From the IMG/VR virus record IMGVR_UViG_3300037309_000121: a stretch of 64,000 nt of DNA. The stretch is one strand, 5' to 3'. Made by a program: the position numbers and the translations under genes. Below the pieces are notes generated by a model. It was not told where the DNA came from and did no database searches. It saw nothing but the letters and a program-made list of their open reading frames with translations. The stretch is from a virus. Positions 1-8,963 of the stretch are shown in pieces. The stretch's first letter is position 1. Each line of letters begins with the position of its first letter.

Positions 1-1
1 T

Positions 2-157
2 GGCCTGATCAAGCTCCGCAAGAAAGTCTTCGATACTCTGGGAGACTACTCGGCGTGGCAGGCAGTTCAGCTCGCCGACGGCGTCCACCCGAGCGCGACT
101 GGCTCTACGACTTTCGGGACGTACATCAGGGATATGCTCCTCGAGGCTGCGAGCTGA
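2..157 (+). CDS. C-terminal fragment of an SGNH/GDSL-type hydrolase (esterase), truncated by window start
   Basis: Frame 2 reads GLIKLRKKVFDTLGDYSAWQAVQLADGVHPSATGSTTFGTYIRDMLLEAAS-stop (TGA 155-157); DGVHP matches the SGNH block V DxxH motif followed by the terminal helix. Confidence 0.6.
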   Translation, partial: GLIKLRKKVFDTLGDYSAWQAVQLADGVHPSATGSTTFGTYIRDMLLEAAS

Positions 158-173
158 GGACGGAGGTGCGATC

Positions 174-512
174 GTGGCAGGTTCTCAGAACTTCACCGTC
201 GTCGAGAACGACACGTGGGAATTCAACGTGGTGTGGCAGGACAGCACCGGCACGCCGATCAACCTGACAGGGTACTCTGCGAGGTGCCAGGTTCGATCCG
301 GCTTCGACGGCCCGCTCCTGCTCAACCTCGCTGGCAGCATACCGACTCCGGCCAACGGCACCATTCAGTTCAGCGGCTTCGCGTCGATCCAGCAGGGGAG
401 CTACGTCTACGACGTCGAGGTGACGCTCGGCTCACCGACGGTGACCTACCGCAAGACGCTGCTCAGGGGTTCGCTCGTGGTCCAGCCGGAGGTCGTCCAG
501 AGTGCCGGGTGA
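174..512 (+). CDS. Small beta-sandwich virion/fibre-associated protein (BppU/LtfC-like)
   Basis: GGAGG RBS; pattern NFTVVENDTWEF...PINLTGYSARCQVR...YVYDVEV...LLRGSLVVQPEV typical of fibre-adjacent Ig-like proteins. Confidence 0.65.
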   Translation: MAGSQNFTVVENDTWEFNVVWQDSTGTPINLTGYSARCQVRSGFDGPLLLNLAGSIPTPANGTIQFSGFASIQQGSYVYDVEVTLGSPTVTYRKTLLRGSLVVQPEVVQSAG

Positions 513-792
513 ACCTTCAATCGTCGTCGTCACCGAGGACCTCGTGTCGACGGTCACGGTCCAGCAGCCGCTGGTCCAGGTCGTGCAGGTCGCCACTCCG
601 GGTCCGCAGGGTCCGCCAGGCAGCGGGGGTGCGTCTGCGCTGAACGACCTGATCGACGTGACGATCAGCAGCCCCGCTTCCGGTCAGCTGCTTTCCTATA
701 ACGGCTCGCAGTGGGTGAACCAGGCAGCTTCGCTCGTCGGCTCGCTCGACGACCTGAGCGACGTCTCCATCTCGGCACCAGCCTCTGCCTAG
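502..792 (+). CDS. Tail-fibre-like repeat protein, N-terminal part (ends at in-frame TAG)
   Basis: GGAGG RBS at 488-492, short collagen-like GPQGPPG and repeat LNDLIDVTISSPASGQLLSYNGSQWVN; same frame as 793-1839. Confidence 0.7.
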   Translation: MPGEPSIVVVTEDLVSTVTVQQPLVQVVQVATPGPQGPPGSGGASALNDLIDVTISSPASGQLLSYNGSQWVNQAASLVGSLDDLSDVSISAPASA

Positions 793-1839
793 GTGCTGCG
801 ATACAGCGGGACTGCGTGGGTGAACGCCAGCGTTGCCTACTCGGAGCTGACCGGCATCCCCTCGACCTTCGCCCCGAGCGCCCACACGCACGCTGCCTCG
901 GAAGTTACCAACTTCTCGGCTGCGGCAGACGCGAGGATCGCCGCAGCGAACCTCGATGCCCTGGCGAACGTGAGCGTGCCCTCTCCCTCGACGAACCACG
1001 TCCTGGTCTTCAACGGCACTTCTTGGGTCAGCTCGGCTGTGCCCGCGGTGACCAGCGTCTCGCTGTCGGCTCCTGCGATCTTCTCGGTTTCCGGTTCCCC
1101 GGTCACAGGCTCCGGCACCCTGTCGCTCTCCCTCTCGACGCAGCTCGCCAACCTGGTCTGGGCCGGTCCCACTTCCGGCGGGGGCGCTGCTCCCACCTTC
1201 CGAGCGCTCGTGTCCGCAGACCTGCCATCGCACACGCACACTGCCTCTCAGGTCACGGATTTCTCGACAGCTGCGGACGCGAGGATCGCGGCGAGCTCAG
1301 TCAACGCCCTGTCCGACGTCACCATCTCCACTCCCGCAGCTGGTCAGGTTCTCCGGTACAGCGGCACCGCGTGGGTGAATGCGACGCTCTCCTTCAACGA
1401 TCTTTCCAACACCCCAGCTCTCGTGTCGCAGCACAGGTTCGGGACGATCGCAGTTGTCGCCACTGCAGGTTCCGAACCGCTGACCGTTCTTGGGGAGACC
1501 TACACTGGCGAGAACACCACGCTCGAGCTGGTGCTGTACTTCTCCGCAACTGGTCCCCTCACCGGCAGCATCGGCATCCAGCTCTCGTCTGTTCCGACAG
1601 TCACCTCTGGATCGATGTCGGTAGAGAACGCTGTCGGAGACGCGACCTCAGTGGACATCTCGACCGACGACACGGTCCTGTTCCCCGTGACAACCGCTTC
1701 GCGCGGCTGCATCAGGTTGGTCATCTCGATGACTGGAGCGAACGGATCCGTGGGATTCTCCGTGCAGAACAACAACACCGTGGGTACGCCCAACCTCGTC
1801 ATCCTGCCTGATTCCTTCATCCGGAGGATCGACGCCTGA
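793..1839 (+). CDS. Tail-fibre-like repeat protein, C-terminal part (HTH-x-A-S-x-VT-x-F and DVTISxPxxGQVLRYSGTAWVN repeats)
   Basis: Two copies of HTH(A/T)AS(E/Q)VT(N/D)FSxAADARIAA and repeated VLxYxGxxWVN/S units; no separate RBS before GTG 793. Confidence 0.7.
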   Translation: MLRYSGTAWVNASVAYSELTGIPSTFAPSAHTHAASEVTNFSAAADARIAAANLDALANVSVPSPSTNHVLVFNGTSWVSSAVPAVTSVSLSAPAIFSVSGSPVTGSGTLSLSLSTQLANLVWAGPTSGGGAAPTFRALVSADLPSHTHTASQVTDFSTAADARIAASSVNALSDVTISTPAAGQVLRYSGTAWVNATLSFNDLSNTPALVSQHRFGTIAVVATAGSEPLTVLGETYTGENTTLELVLYFSATGPLTGSIGIQLSSVPTVTSGSMSVENAVGDATSVDISTDDTVLFPVTTASRGCIRLVISMTGANGSVGFSVQNNNTVGTPNLVILPDSFIRRIDA

Positions 1840-1890
1840 TTCCCAGGATCTTGAGGTTGCCACTCAGAACTTCTTGAGGGAGAATTGAGC

Positions 1891-2805
1891 ATGATCGTGA
1901 AGCCCTCGCAGTCCCTGACCGGAACCGATCTGAGCTCTTCCGGAGTTCATACGCTGTCAGTCGGGCTGTTCTCGGGTGGAGTAATACCGTCGACATCAAC
2001 GACGGTCGAGAGATGGAAGTATTTCCCCATCAGCGAGGTGACGAGCGTCATCTTCGACGAGAACTCGAGGCTCGTCGGCGACTACCCCGTGGTGAACGTC
2101 TGGAGGGATGAGAAGAGCCCGAAGTTCATCAAAGGTATCGCGATCTTCTACGACAGAGAGGATCGCATCATCCCGGTCAGGTTCCAGAAGATGACCGTGA
2201 ACGTCGGAGACGCGATCAGGAGAGCTGGGGAGGTAGCTGCTGGGGTGGAGCCTGTGATCGCGAACGTACCGCTGCCCAGGGCAGAACTCGAGCGGCTCGG
2301 GGCCACCCACGTCGACGTCACTCCGCGAGACGAGGACGGCAGTTTCACGACTACTCGCTCCATCGAGGTCTCAGACGTGAGTGAGGTCTTGCCAGGAGAG
2401 CACGGCTACGTGGTGCTCAAGAGCCACACGGCTCGGATCGAGGGCGACGTGAGGATCAAGGTCGCGAGGCGAGCGAACTCCCAGAACGGTGAAGATTCCG
2501 TGCCTGGTGGGTTCGCAGCCCAGGTGACGCAGACGGTGCGCAACCGCGGCTCGGACTACGGTCACCCGTCCACCAACCACCAGCTCACGGCGGACATGTG
2601 GAACGCCTACCTGTCGCGTCGCCTCGGCAAGGAAGTTCGGATGTCGGCGGAAGACGTCTGCATGCTGAACGTGCTGCAGAAAGCAAGCCGCCTCGCCGAC
2701 GGGACCAAGGACGACTCCTGGCTGGACATCGCGGGGTACACCGAGAACGTCGGCATGCTCCGCCGAGACCAGCGGAACATTCACGTGAAGGGTGGTTGCG
2801 GGTGA
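1891..2805 (+). CDS. Hypothetical protein with C-terminal DUF6378-like domain (phage helical nucleotide-pyrophosphatase-like)
   Basis: C-terminus RGSDYGHPSTNHQLTADMWNAYL...AEDVCMLNVLQKASRL...DSWLDIAGY; ATG 1891 after GGAGAA. Confidence 0.65.
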   Translation: MIVKPSQSLTGTDLSSSGVHTLSVGLFSGGVIPSTSTTVERWKYFPISEVTSVIFDENSRLVGDYPVVNVWRDEKSPKFIKGIAIFYDREDRIIPVRFQKMTVNVGDAIRRAGEVAAGVEPVIANVPLPRAELERLGATHVDVTPRDEDGSFTTTRSIEVSDVSEVLPGEHGYVVLKSHTARIEGDVRIKVARRANSQNGEDSVPGGFAAQVTQTVRNRGSDYGHPSTNHQLTADMWNAYLSRRLGKEVRMSAEDVCMLNVLQKASRLADGTKDDSWLDIAGYTENVGMLRRDQRNIHVKGGCG

Positions 2806-3116
2806 ACAAGCAGAACGTCAGGGTGCGACTGATTCAGGACACCATCACAATGAAGGTCGAGGTGGAGGTTGGTGTGTCCTCGAAGAAGAAGCCAGGCCTC
2901 TGGGCGACCCTGAAGGTCGACGCCGACGCCCCTGGTCTCGAAGACCTCGTGCAGCGGACGGCTCACGCTTGCGCTGTCCACCTGATCGTGAACTACAGAG
3001 ACAAGTGCGACCCGGACGAGTGCGGGAAGCTGGCCCGCGAGTGTCTCAGAGAGATTCAGATCAATGCGGGGATCGCTCACCGCAGGATCATCAGCTTTGG
3101 AGACGCAATTGCCTGA
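2802..3116 (+). CDS. Hypothetical protein
   Basis: GTGA overlap with upstream stop; phage-like codon use. Confidence 0.55.
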   Translation: MNKQNVRVRLIQDTITMKVEVEVGVSSKKKPGLWATLKVDADAPGLEDLVQRTAHACAVHLIVNYRDKCDPDECGKLARECLREIQINAGIAHRRIISFGDAIA

Positions 3117-3534
3117 AGACGACAAGATCGATCTTACGAATCGGCTCGAGGTGATCCGCAAGGTCGCCGAGATGGAGGGCGCTGTCCTCGTCGAGCACTT
3201 CGTCTGCTGCCGTTGTGGCTCTGCACAACAGACGATACACCTCTGGCTCGAATCTCTGAGGTGCTTTCGCTGCGGCCAGATGAATGCTTCCAAGATCCCG
3301 AGGCGACCTCAGGTCGGAGAGGTCAGTGTCGATCACCTCACGCAAGCCATGGCAACTTACCAGGCTGCCTATGAATCTCTGCTCTGCGGAAGGAGCATCT
3401 CTGACCGAGACCTTGACTGCGAGCGTATCATCTCGAGTGAAGACTCTGAAGCCGTCAAGTTTGCTCTCAAGACTATTCGCAGGGTGGCTCATCTCGCAGA
3501 GAAGCTCGCCGCCGGAGAAGCGTCCGGTGGCTAG
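3109..3534 (+). CDS. Zn-ribbon hypothetical protein
   Basis: TTG start after GGAG; CCRCG...CFRCG pairs. Confidence 0.55.
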   Translation: MPEDDKIDLTNRLEVIRKVAEMEGAVLVEHFVCCRCGSAQQTIHLWLESLRCFRCGQMNASKIPRRPQVGEVSVDHLTQAMATYQAAYESLLCGRSISDRDLDCERIISSEDSEAVKFALKTIRRVAHLAEKLAAGEASGG

Positions 3535-3778
3535 CCAGGAGCTCAGCCCACTTTCTCCTGGAACCCTGCTGGAATGCACACCGCGAGTCAGGCTTCGGGT
3601 CAAGCGTTCCCCCTCCAAAGAGCAGTTCGAGATGATGTTCGGCGCTGATGTCGCCTACCTCTGGGATGTGTACGGGCTGTCCGATCCGGAGGAGCTGCAC
3701 GGAGAAGCGAAGGACCTCCACATCCTCGCGCGAGCTATCTTCGAGGAGGTTCCAGATGCCGCCAGAAGTACCGGCTGA
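3527..3778 (+). CDS. Hypothetical protein
   Basis: Probable GTG start overlapping upstream gene; fills gap between coupled neighbours. Confidence 0.45.
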   Translation: MASQELSPLSPGTLLECTPRVRLRVKRSPSKEQFEMMFGADVAYLWDVYGLSDPEELHGEAKDLHILARAIFEEVPDAARSTG

Positions 3779-4277
3779 CCAGCCGCCCTACGGGGATGAT
3801 CCCTGGACTCAGCTCAAGCATGCAGTTGCCAGCGGAGGTTCGCACGTCTGCGAGTTCAACAAGTGTCCGAGCTGTGGATCGATCGAGTTCGATGTCCACC
3901 CGTTTGTAGAATCTCTGAAGTGCTCTCAGTGCGGGAACAGGTACCACTCGACGGATCGGAGATCTTGCTCGTTCCGCAATGCCATCATCCACAAGATGCA
4001 GGAAGTGGTTCAGCAGGTCAAGGATTGGTATCCTGCCGAAGTCTTCGGCGGCTCTCAGGAGCTCGACTCAGACGACCTGAGCAAGCTCGACCCCAAGACT
4101 CGGGCGATTGTCCAACGCAAGTGTGTCCACATGGCTCGGGTTGTCTGCTCGAATATACTTGCTGAGTTCGATCGTCTCACAGAGTACGAGCTCGAGGTTG
4201 CAGACGAAAGCTCTGCGGCCAACCTGGATGAAGACGAGGAAGAAGATGTCAGCGGAAGTGAGCCAGCTAGCGGTTGA
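3756..4277 (+). CDS. Zn-ribbon hypothetical protein with acidic tail, directly before terL
   Basis: GGAGG RBS, ATG 3756; CPSCG and CSQCG motifs. Confidence 0.6.
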   Translation: MPPEVPADQPPYGDDPWTQLKHAVASGGSHVCEFNKCPSCGSIEFDVHPFVESLKCSQCGNRYHSTDRRSCSFRNAIIHKMQEVVQQVKDWYPAEVFGGSQELDSDDLSKLDPKTRAIVQRKCVHMARVVCSNILAEFDRLTEYELEVADESSAANLDEDEEEDVSGSEPASG

Positions 4278-5751
4278 GTGGAGAGACGTCGGGGGAGAGC
4301 TGCGCCCCTTCGTCGGCAACCGCGACGTTACCTGGGCCCCCCAGGCTGGTTCCCAAGAGGCATTCCTCGCGTGCACCCTCTTCGAGGCGCTCTACGAAGG
4401 GACGCGAGGTCCGGGCAAGACCGATGCTCTGCTCATGGACTTCGCCCAGCACTGTGGGCGTGGCTACGGCGCTGAGTGGCGCGGTGTCCTCTTTCGCCAG
4501 AGCTATCCCCAGCTCGCAGACGTCGTCAACAAGTCGAAGAAGTGGTTCTCGCGAATCTGGCCCGCTGCTCAGTTCAACGAAGCTCAGATGAGGTGGCGAT
4601 GGCCCGGGGGTGAGGAGCTCATGTTCCGGCACATGAGTAGCCCCGACGACTACTACAACTATCACGGTCACGCATATCCTTGGATCGGCTGGGAGGAGCT
4701 CACTACCTGGCCGGACGACAAGTGCTACAAGGTCATGATGTCTTGCTCTCGCTCCACCCAGCCGGGCATGCCCCGCCGCTACAGGAGCACTACCAACCCA
4801 TACGGCGTCGGGCACAACTGGGTCAAGGCGCGATTCGGGCTTCCCGTTCCACCGAGGCACGTCATCGGTCGAATCGTCCGCGAGGTCGGGCCCGACGGCA
4901 AGCCTCTGCCCGAACGGGTAGCGATCCACGGAGACCTGCGAGAGAACAGGATTCTCCTGCACTCGGATCCCGGCTACGTCGACAAGATCAAGGCTGCAGC
5001 CCGCAACCCGAGCGAGCTCGCCGCGTGGCTCTACGGCTCCTGGGACATCGTCGCTGGCGGCATGTTCGACGACGTTTGGCGTCCCTCGACGCACATCGTT
5101 CCGAACCTGACGATCCACCAGATCCCCAGAGGCTGGCGCATCGATCGAGCGTATGACCACGGTCAGTCTCGACCGTTCAGTGTCGGGTGGTACGCCGAAA
5201 GTAACGGAGAGCCGATCAGGGTCGGTCCGCACGTCATCGGCAGGGTGCCGGGAGATATCGTGCGGATCTACGAGTGGTATGGTTGGTGTGGTTCGCCGAA
5301 CGAAGGCATGAGGCTCCCTGCATCTGAGATCGCAAGGGGCATCCTCGACCGCGAGCAGGACTGGGCACTGCGGCCTCGATGCAAGTACGGTGTCGCGGAT
5401 TCGGCAATCTTCGACGACTACGAGCCGGGTCGATCAGTCGCGGGCGACATGAAGCGGATCGGAGTCATCTGGACCCCAGCCGACAAGGGTGCCGGTTCTC
5501 GCGCTCAGGGTTGGCAGCAGGTTCGCGAACATCTCAAGGCAGCTATCCCCGGCATCGAGGGGGTGCGGGAGAGACCCGGCCTCTTCGTCTGCGAGCGGTG
5601 CGACCAGTTCCTGCGCACTTTCCCAGTTCTTCCTCGTGACGAACGCAACCTCGACGACGTAGACACGACTGCCGAAGATCACATCGGTGATGAAGTTCGC
5701 TACCGCCTCCGAGGCCGGAGGATGGAGGTGAAGACGGGCCGCTGGAAGTAG
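4246..5751 (+). CDS. terL: Terminase large subunit
   Basis: Walker A GTRGPGKT, Walker B region WIGWEEL, STTNPYG coupling motif, nuclease AYDHG and terminal EDHIGDEVRY. Confidence 0.95.
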   Translation: MSAEVSQLAVEWRDVGGELRPFVGNRDVTWAPQAGSQEAFLACTLFEALYEGTRGPGKTDALLMDFAQHCGRGYGAEWRGVLFRQSYPQLADVVNKSKKWFSRIWPAAQFNEAQMRWRWPGGEELMFRHMSSPDDYYNYHGHAYPWIGWEELTTWPDDKCYKVMMSCSRSTQPGMPRRYRSTTNPYGVGHNWVKARFGLPVPPRHVIGRIVREVGPDGKPLPERVAIHGDLRENRILLHSDPGYVDKIKAAARNPSELAAWLYGSWDIVAGGMFDDVWRPSTHIVPNLTIHQIPRGWRIDRAYDHGQSRPFSVGWYAESNGEPIRVGPHVIGRVPGDIVRIYEWYGWCGSPNEGMRLPASEIARGILDREQDWALRPRCKYGVADSAIFDDYEPGRSVAGDMKRIGVIWTPADKGAGSRAQGWQQVREHLKAAIPGIEGVRERPGLFVCERCDQFLRTFPVLPRDERNLDDVDTTAEDHIGDEVRYRLRGRRMEVKTGRWK

Positions 5752-5792
5752 AGCAGGAAGGATACGATCGAGGGGAAGTAGGAGCCCGCGCA

Positions 5793-7235
5793 ATGCCGAA
5801 GAAGGACGCCCCCACACCCGCGACGCCCTCTATGGCCTACGAGGCCATGCAGCCCATGTGGCGCAAGGTGGAAACTCTGCTCGCAGGTACCGATGCGATG
5901 CGAGCCGCGGGCGAGGAGTATCTGCCGAGGCACGAAGAGGAGGGCCAACACGCTTACCAGGAGCGCCTCTCGCGAGCAACGCTGCTCAACATGACGCAGC
6001 TCACTCTCGACTCCTGGGTCGGTCGACCCTTCGGAGATCCCGTGAAAGTTGGCGAAGACGTCCCGGAGCAGATCAAGGACCTGCTCGACAACGTTGACAT
6101 GCAGGGCAACGACATCACCGTGTTCTGCCGGACATGGTTCCGCGACGGCCTGGCGAAGGCGTTCAGCCACGTGCTGGTTGACTTCCCGAGAGCTCGTCCC
6201 AGGGAAGACGGGCTCCCGCGCACGCTCGAGGACGATCGACGAGACAACCTCCGGCCCTACCTCGTCCACATCAAGCCGGAGAACCTCATCTTCGCGAGCG
6301 CTGAGGTTATCAACGGTGTGGAAGTTGTCACGCACGTCCGCATCCGAGAGGAGCACGTCCAGCGAGAGGGCTGGGGCGAGAAGGTCGTGGTCCGCATCCG
6401 CGTGATCGATCCCGGTCTGGTCTCGATCTACGAGGAGCGCATCGACCCCAAGACGAAGAAGCCTGTGTACGTGCTGGTCGATCAGTACCCCTACTCGCTC
6501 GACTTCGTTCCCATCGTCACGTTCTACGCGGATCGACAGTCGTTCATGATCGGGAAGCCTCCGCTCAACGACCTCGCAGATTTGAACATCGCGCACTGGC
6601 AGTCCAGCTCTGACCAGACTGCGGTCCTTACGGTTGCTCGATTCCCGATCCTCGCTGTCTCGGGCACCGTCGGAGGGGACAAGCTCACTGTCGGCCCGAA
6701 CCAGTGGCTGAATACTCCAGACGTGGCGGGACGATTCTACTACGTGGAGCACACAGGCAGGGCAATCGCAGCGGGTCGGCAGGATCTCCTCGACAAGGAG
6801 GAAACCATGGCCGAGTACGGCGCGGTCTTCCTCAAGAGGCGTCCGGGTGGTGCGTCGGCAACTGCAAGGGCTCTCGACAGCGCCGAGACCACCAGCCCGC
6901 TCCAGGACATGGCGATCCGGTTCCAGTCCTCGCTCCAGCAGGCGCTGGTGTTCATCGGTGCCTGGATGGGCGTGACCGCCGATCAGGTCGGCACGATGAC
7001 GATCTCGACCGACTTCGGCATCACCGATCAGGACGGGAAGCAGCTCGACTCCCTGAAGGAGGCTCGCAAGAATCGGGACATCTCCCGCGCCCGCTACCTG
7101 AAGGAGCTGCACCGCTTCGGGGTGCTGTCTGACGACTTCAACTTCGAGCAGAATGAGGAAGAGCTCGAAGAGGAATCGGTCGAGATGCCGAGCGGGGAAA
7201 CAGACGAGGATCTCGACCCAGCAGCTTCCGAGTAG
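5793..7235 (+). CDS. Portal protein (DUF4055-type)
   Basis: Follows terL; YLPRHEEE...YQERLSRATLLN, PPLNDLADLNIAHWQSSSDQ, acidic C-terminus. Confidence 0.9.
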   Translation: MPKKDAPTPATPSMAYEAMQPMWRKVETLLAGTDAMRAAGEEYLPRHEEEGQHAYQERLSRATLLNMTQLTLDSWVGRPFGDPVKVGEDVPEQIKDLLDNVDMQGNDITVFCRTWFRDGLAKAFSHVLVDFPRARPREDGLPRTLEDDRRDNLRPYLVHIKPENLIFASAEVINGVEVVTHVRIREEHVQREGWGEKVVVRIRVIDPGLVSIYEERIDPKTKKPVYVLVDQYPYSLDFVPIVTFYADRQSFMIGKPPLNDLADLNIAHWQSSSDQTAVLTVARFPILAVSGTVGGDKLTVGPNQWLNTPDVAGRFYYVEHTGRAIAAGRQDLLDKEETMAEYGAVFLKRRPGGASATARALDSAETTSPLQDMAIRFQSSLQQALVFIGAWMGVTADQVGTMTISTDFGITDQDGKQLDSLKEARKNRDISRARYLKELHRFGVLSDDFNFEQNEEELEEESVEMPSGETDEDLDPAASE

Positions 7236-7249
7236 CGAGGAGATCCCGC

Positions 7250-7657
7250 ATGCGAGTCGAGAAGTTGCGAAACTGGAAGATCGCAGATCGCTCGTGGTTT
7301 CGCGAGCTGGACGAGCAGTGCTTCCCGATCGACGACCCATTCATGAACGGGCCGAGGTATCACTGGTGGATCCTCCGAGATGGCCGCGGCAAGAAGGTCG
7401 GCTACGCGGGTCTCGTCGTCACCGGAGACACCGCTCAGTTCACGAGGTGCGGCATTCTCCCCGAGCATCGCGGCCAGAATCTTCAGAGGATGCTCCTGAG
7501 GTCTCGGATCCGCTGGTGCCGGAGGCAGAAGCTGCGTGTCGTGACAACGTATACGATGTCGAACAACGTGTCGAGCCAGCGGAACCTGGAGCTCGAAGGA
7601 TTCTCGAGTCGCAGGTCTCCTGACCGGAAGTGCATTCTCCACCGACTGGAGCTCTAG
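7250..7657 (+). CDS. GNAT-family N-acetyltransferase
   Basis: Acetyl-CoA motif GILPEHRGQNLQRMLL and NNVSSQRNLELEGF. Confidence 0.85.
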   Translation: MRVEKLRNWKIADRSWFRELDEQCFPIDDPFMNGPRYHWWILRDGRGKKVGYAGLVVTGDTAQFTRCGILPEHRGQNLQRMLLRSRIRWCRRQKLRVVTTYTMSNNVSSQRNLELEGFSSRRSPDRKCILHRLEL

Positions 7658-7661
7658 GCAA

Positions 7662-8876
7662 GTGCCTGACGCCAATCAAGAATACCTCGACGCAGCGATT
7701 CGGAGGCAGATCTCCGTGCGTCGCTACACGATGTCGCAGATTCGTGAGATCCAGGCTGTGCTGGAGAAGGGCGACAAAAGAATCGTCGAGGAGCTGCGCA
7801 GGCGACTCGGCAAGATCGTCGGGGCTGCTGGCGGCGTCGACTTCCAGAGCGCCCGCTTCCGAGAGCTTCTCAGAGACATCCGAGAAATCCGGGTCGAGGT
7901 GATCCGAGAAGCGAGGAGCGAGCTCAGGACGAAGCTCCTTCAGTTCAGCCGGTCTGAGGCAGACTTTGAGAGAGAGCTGCTGGAGCTAGCCGTGCCCGTC
8001 GAGCTCTCGCTGACCGCCGTCGCTGCGGATTCCATACGGGAAGCGGTGACGAAGCGTCCCTTCCAGGGGCGCACGCTCGGTCAGTGGTGGGACAGCCTGA
8101 GCGATGCCGACCAACGGGCACTGACAGACGCCATCCAGATGGGCCTCTCGAACGGAGAAGACGTTGACACCATCGTCCGTCGCGTCGTGGGAAGCAGAGC
8201 GAGGAACTACTCCGACGGTGCACTGTCCATCACTCGCCGCAACGCAGAAGCGGTAGTGAGGACTGCGATCAATCACGCATCGAATGCGGCGAGAGAATCG
8301 CTATGGGAAGGTAACGAGGACATCGTCCTGGCTCTGCGGTGGACCAGCGTGCTGGACGGGAGGACGAGCGCCGTCTGCCGCGGCCGCGACGGAGCTCTGG
8401 CCCCGGTGGGCGGCAAGCCCCTCCCGAAGGGGAGCCGGATGCTTCAGCCTCCCGACGCTCGTCCCCCCGCCCACGTGAGCTGCCGCTCAATCATGGTCGC
8501 CGTCCTCGACGAAGCGGGCATCGTCGGCACGAGGCCGTTCGTCACAGACACCAGAACCTCGGAGCGCCGAAGGGTGGACTTCAGGGAGATTGCTCGTGAG
8601 AAAGGCATCTCCGTCCAGGAGGCTCGCTCCCGCTGGGCTTCGGCGAACATCGGGCAGGTGCCCGCAGAGACCTCCTACAACGACTGGCTCGTTCGACAGA
8701 GCCACGCCTTCCAGGACCGCGTCCTCGGCAAGACCAAGGCGAGGCTGTTCCGGGCGGGTAAGATTCGGCTCGAGCAGTTTATCGATCGGAGGGGCAACGA
8801 GCTCTCCCTCGACGAGCTGGCGAGCCAGCGACCGGATGCGTTCCGCGTCGCGGGGCTGAACCCAGAGGAGTTCTAG
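7662..8876 (+). CDS. Head morphogenesis / minor capsid protein (MuF, SPP1 gp7 family)
   Basis: RNAEAVVRTAINH, WTSVLDGRTSAVCRGRDG, PPAHVSCRS motifs. Confidence 0.88.
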   Translation: MPDANQEYLDAAIRRQISVRRYTMSQIREIQAVLEKGDKRIVEELRRRLGKIVGAAGGVDFQSARFRELLRDIREIRVEVIREARSELRTKLLQFSRSEADFERELLELAVPVELSLTAVAADSIREAVTKRPFQGRTLGQWWDSLSDADQRALTDAIQMGLSNGEDVDTIVRRVVGSRARNYSDGALSITRRNAEAVVRTAINHASNAARESLWEGNEDIVLALRWTSVLDGRTSAVCRGRDGALAPVGGKPLPKGSRMLQPPDARPPAHVSCRSIMVAVLDEAGIVGTRPFVTDTRTSERRRVDFREIAREKGISVQEARSRWASANIGQVPAETSYNDWLVRQSHAFQDRVLGKTKARLFRAGKIRLEQFIDRRGNELSLDELASQRPDAFRVAGLNPEEF

Positions 8877-8963
8877 CCGACAGCGGCGAGCGTCGCCGCG
8901 GGCCAGCAACTGGTGGGGTGATCCCCCAGACGAGCGTGACGCTCTGAAAGGACAAGGTTCGAT

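Noticed and set aside
790-792. Genome-wide TAG-to-Gln recoding (genetic code 15)
   Set aside because: terL, portal, MuF, tail terminator and tail-tip genes all end properly at TAG, and the only tRNA-like gene has anticodon GAG, not CUA
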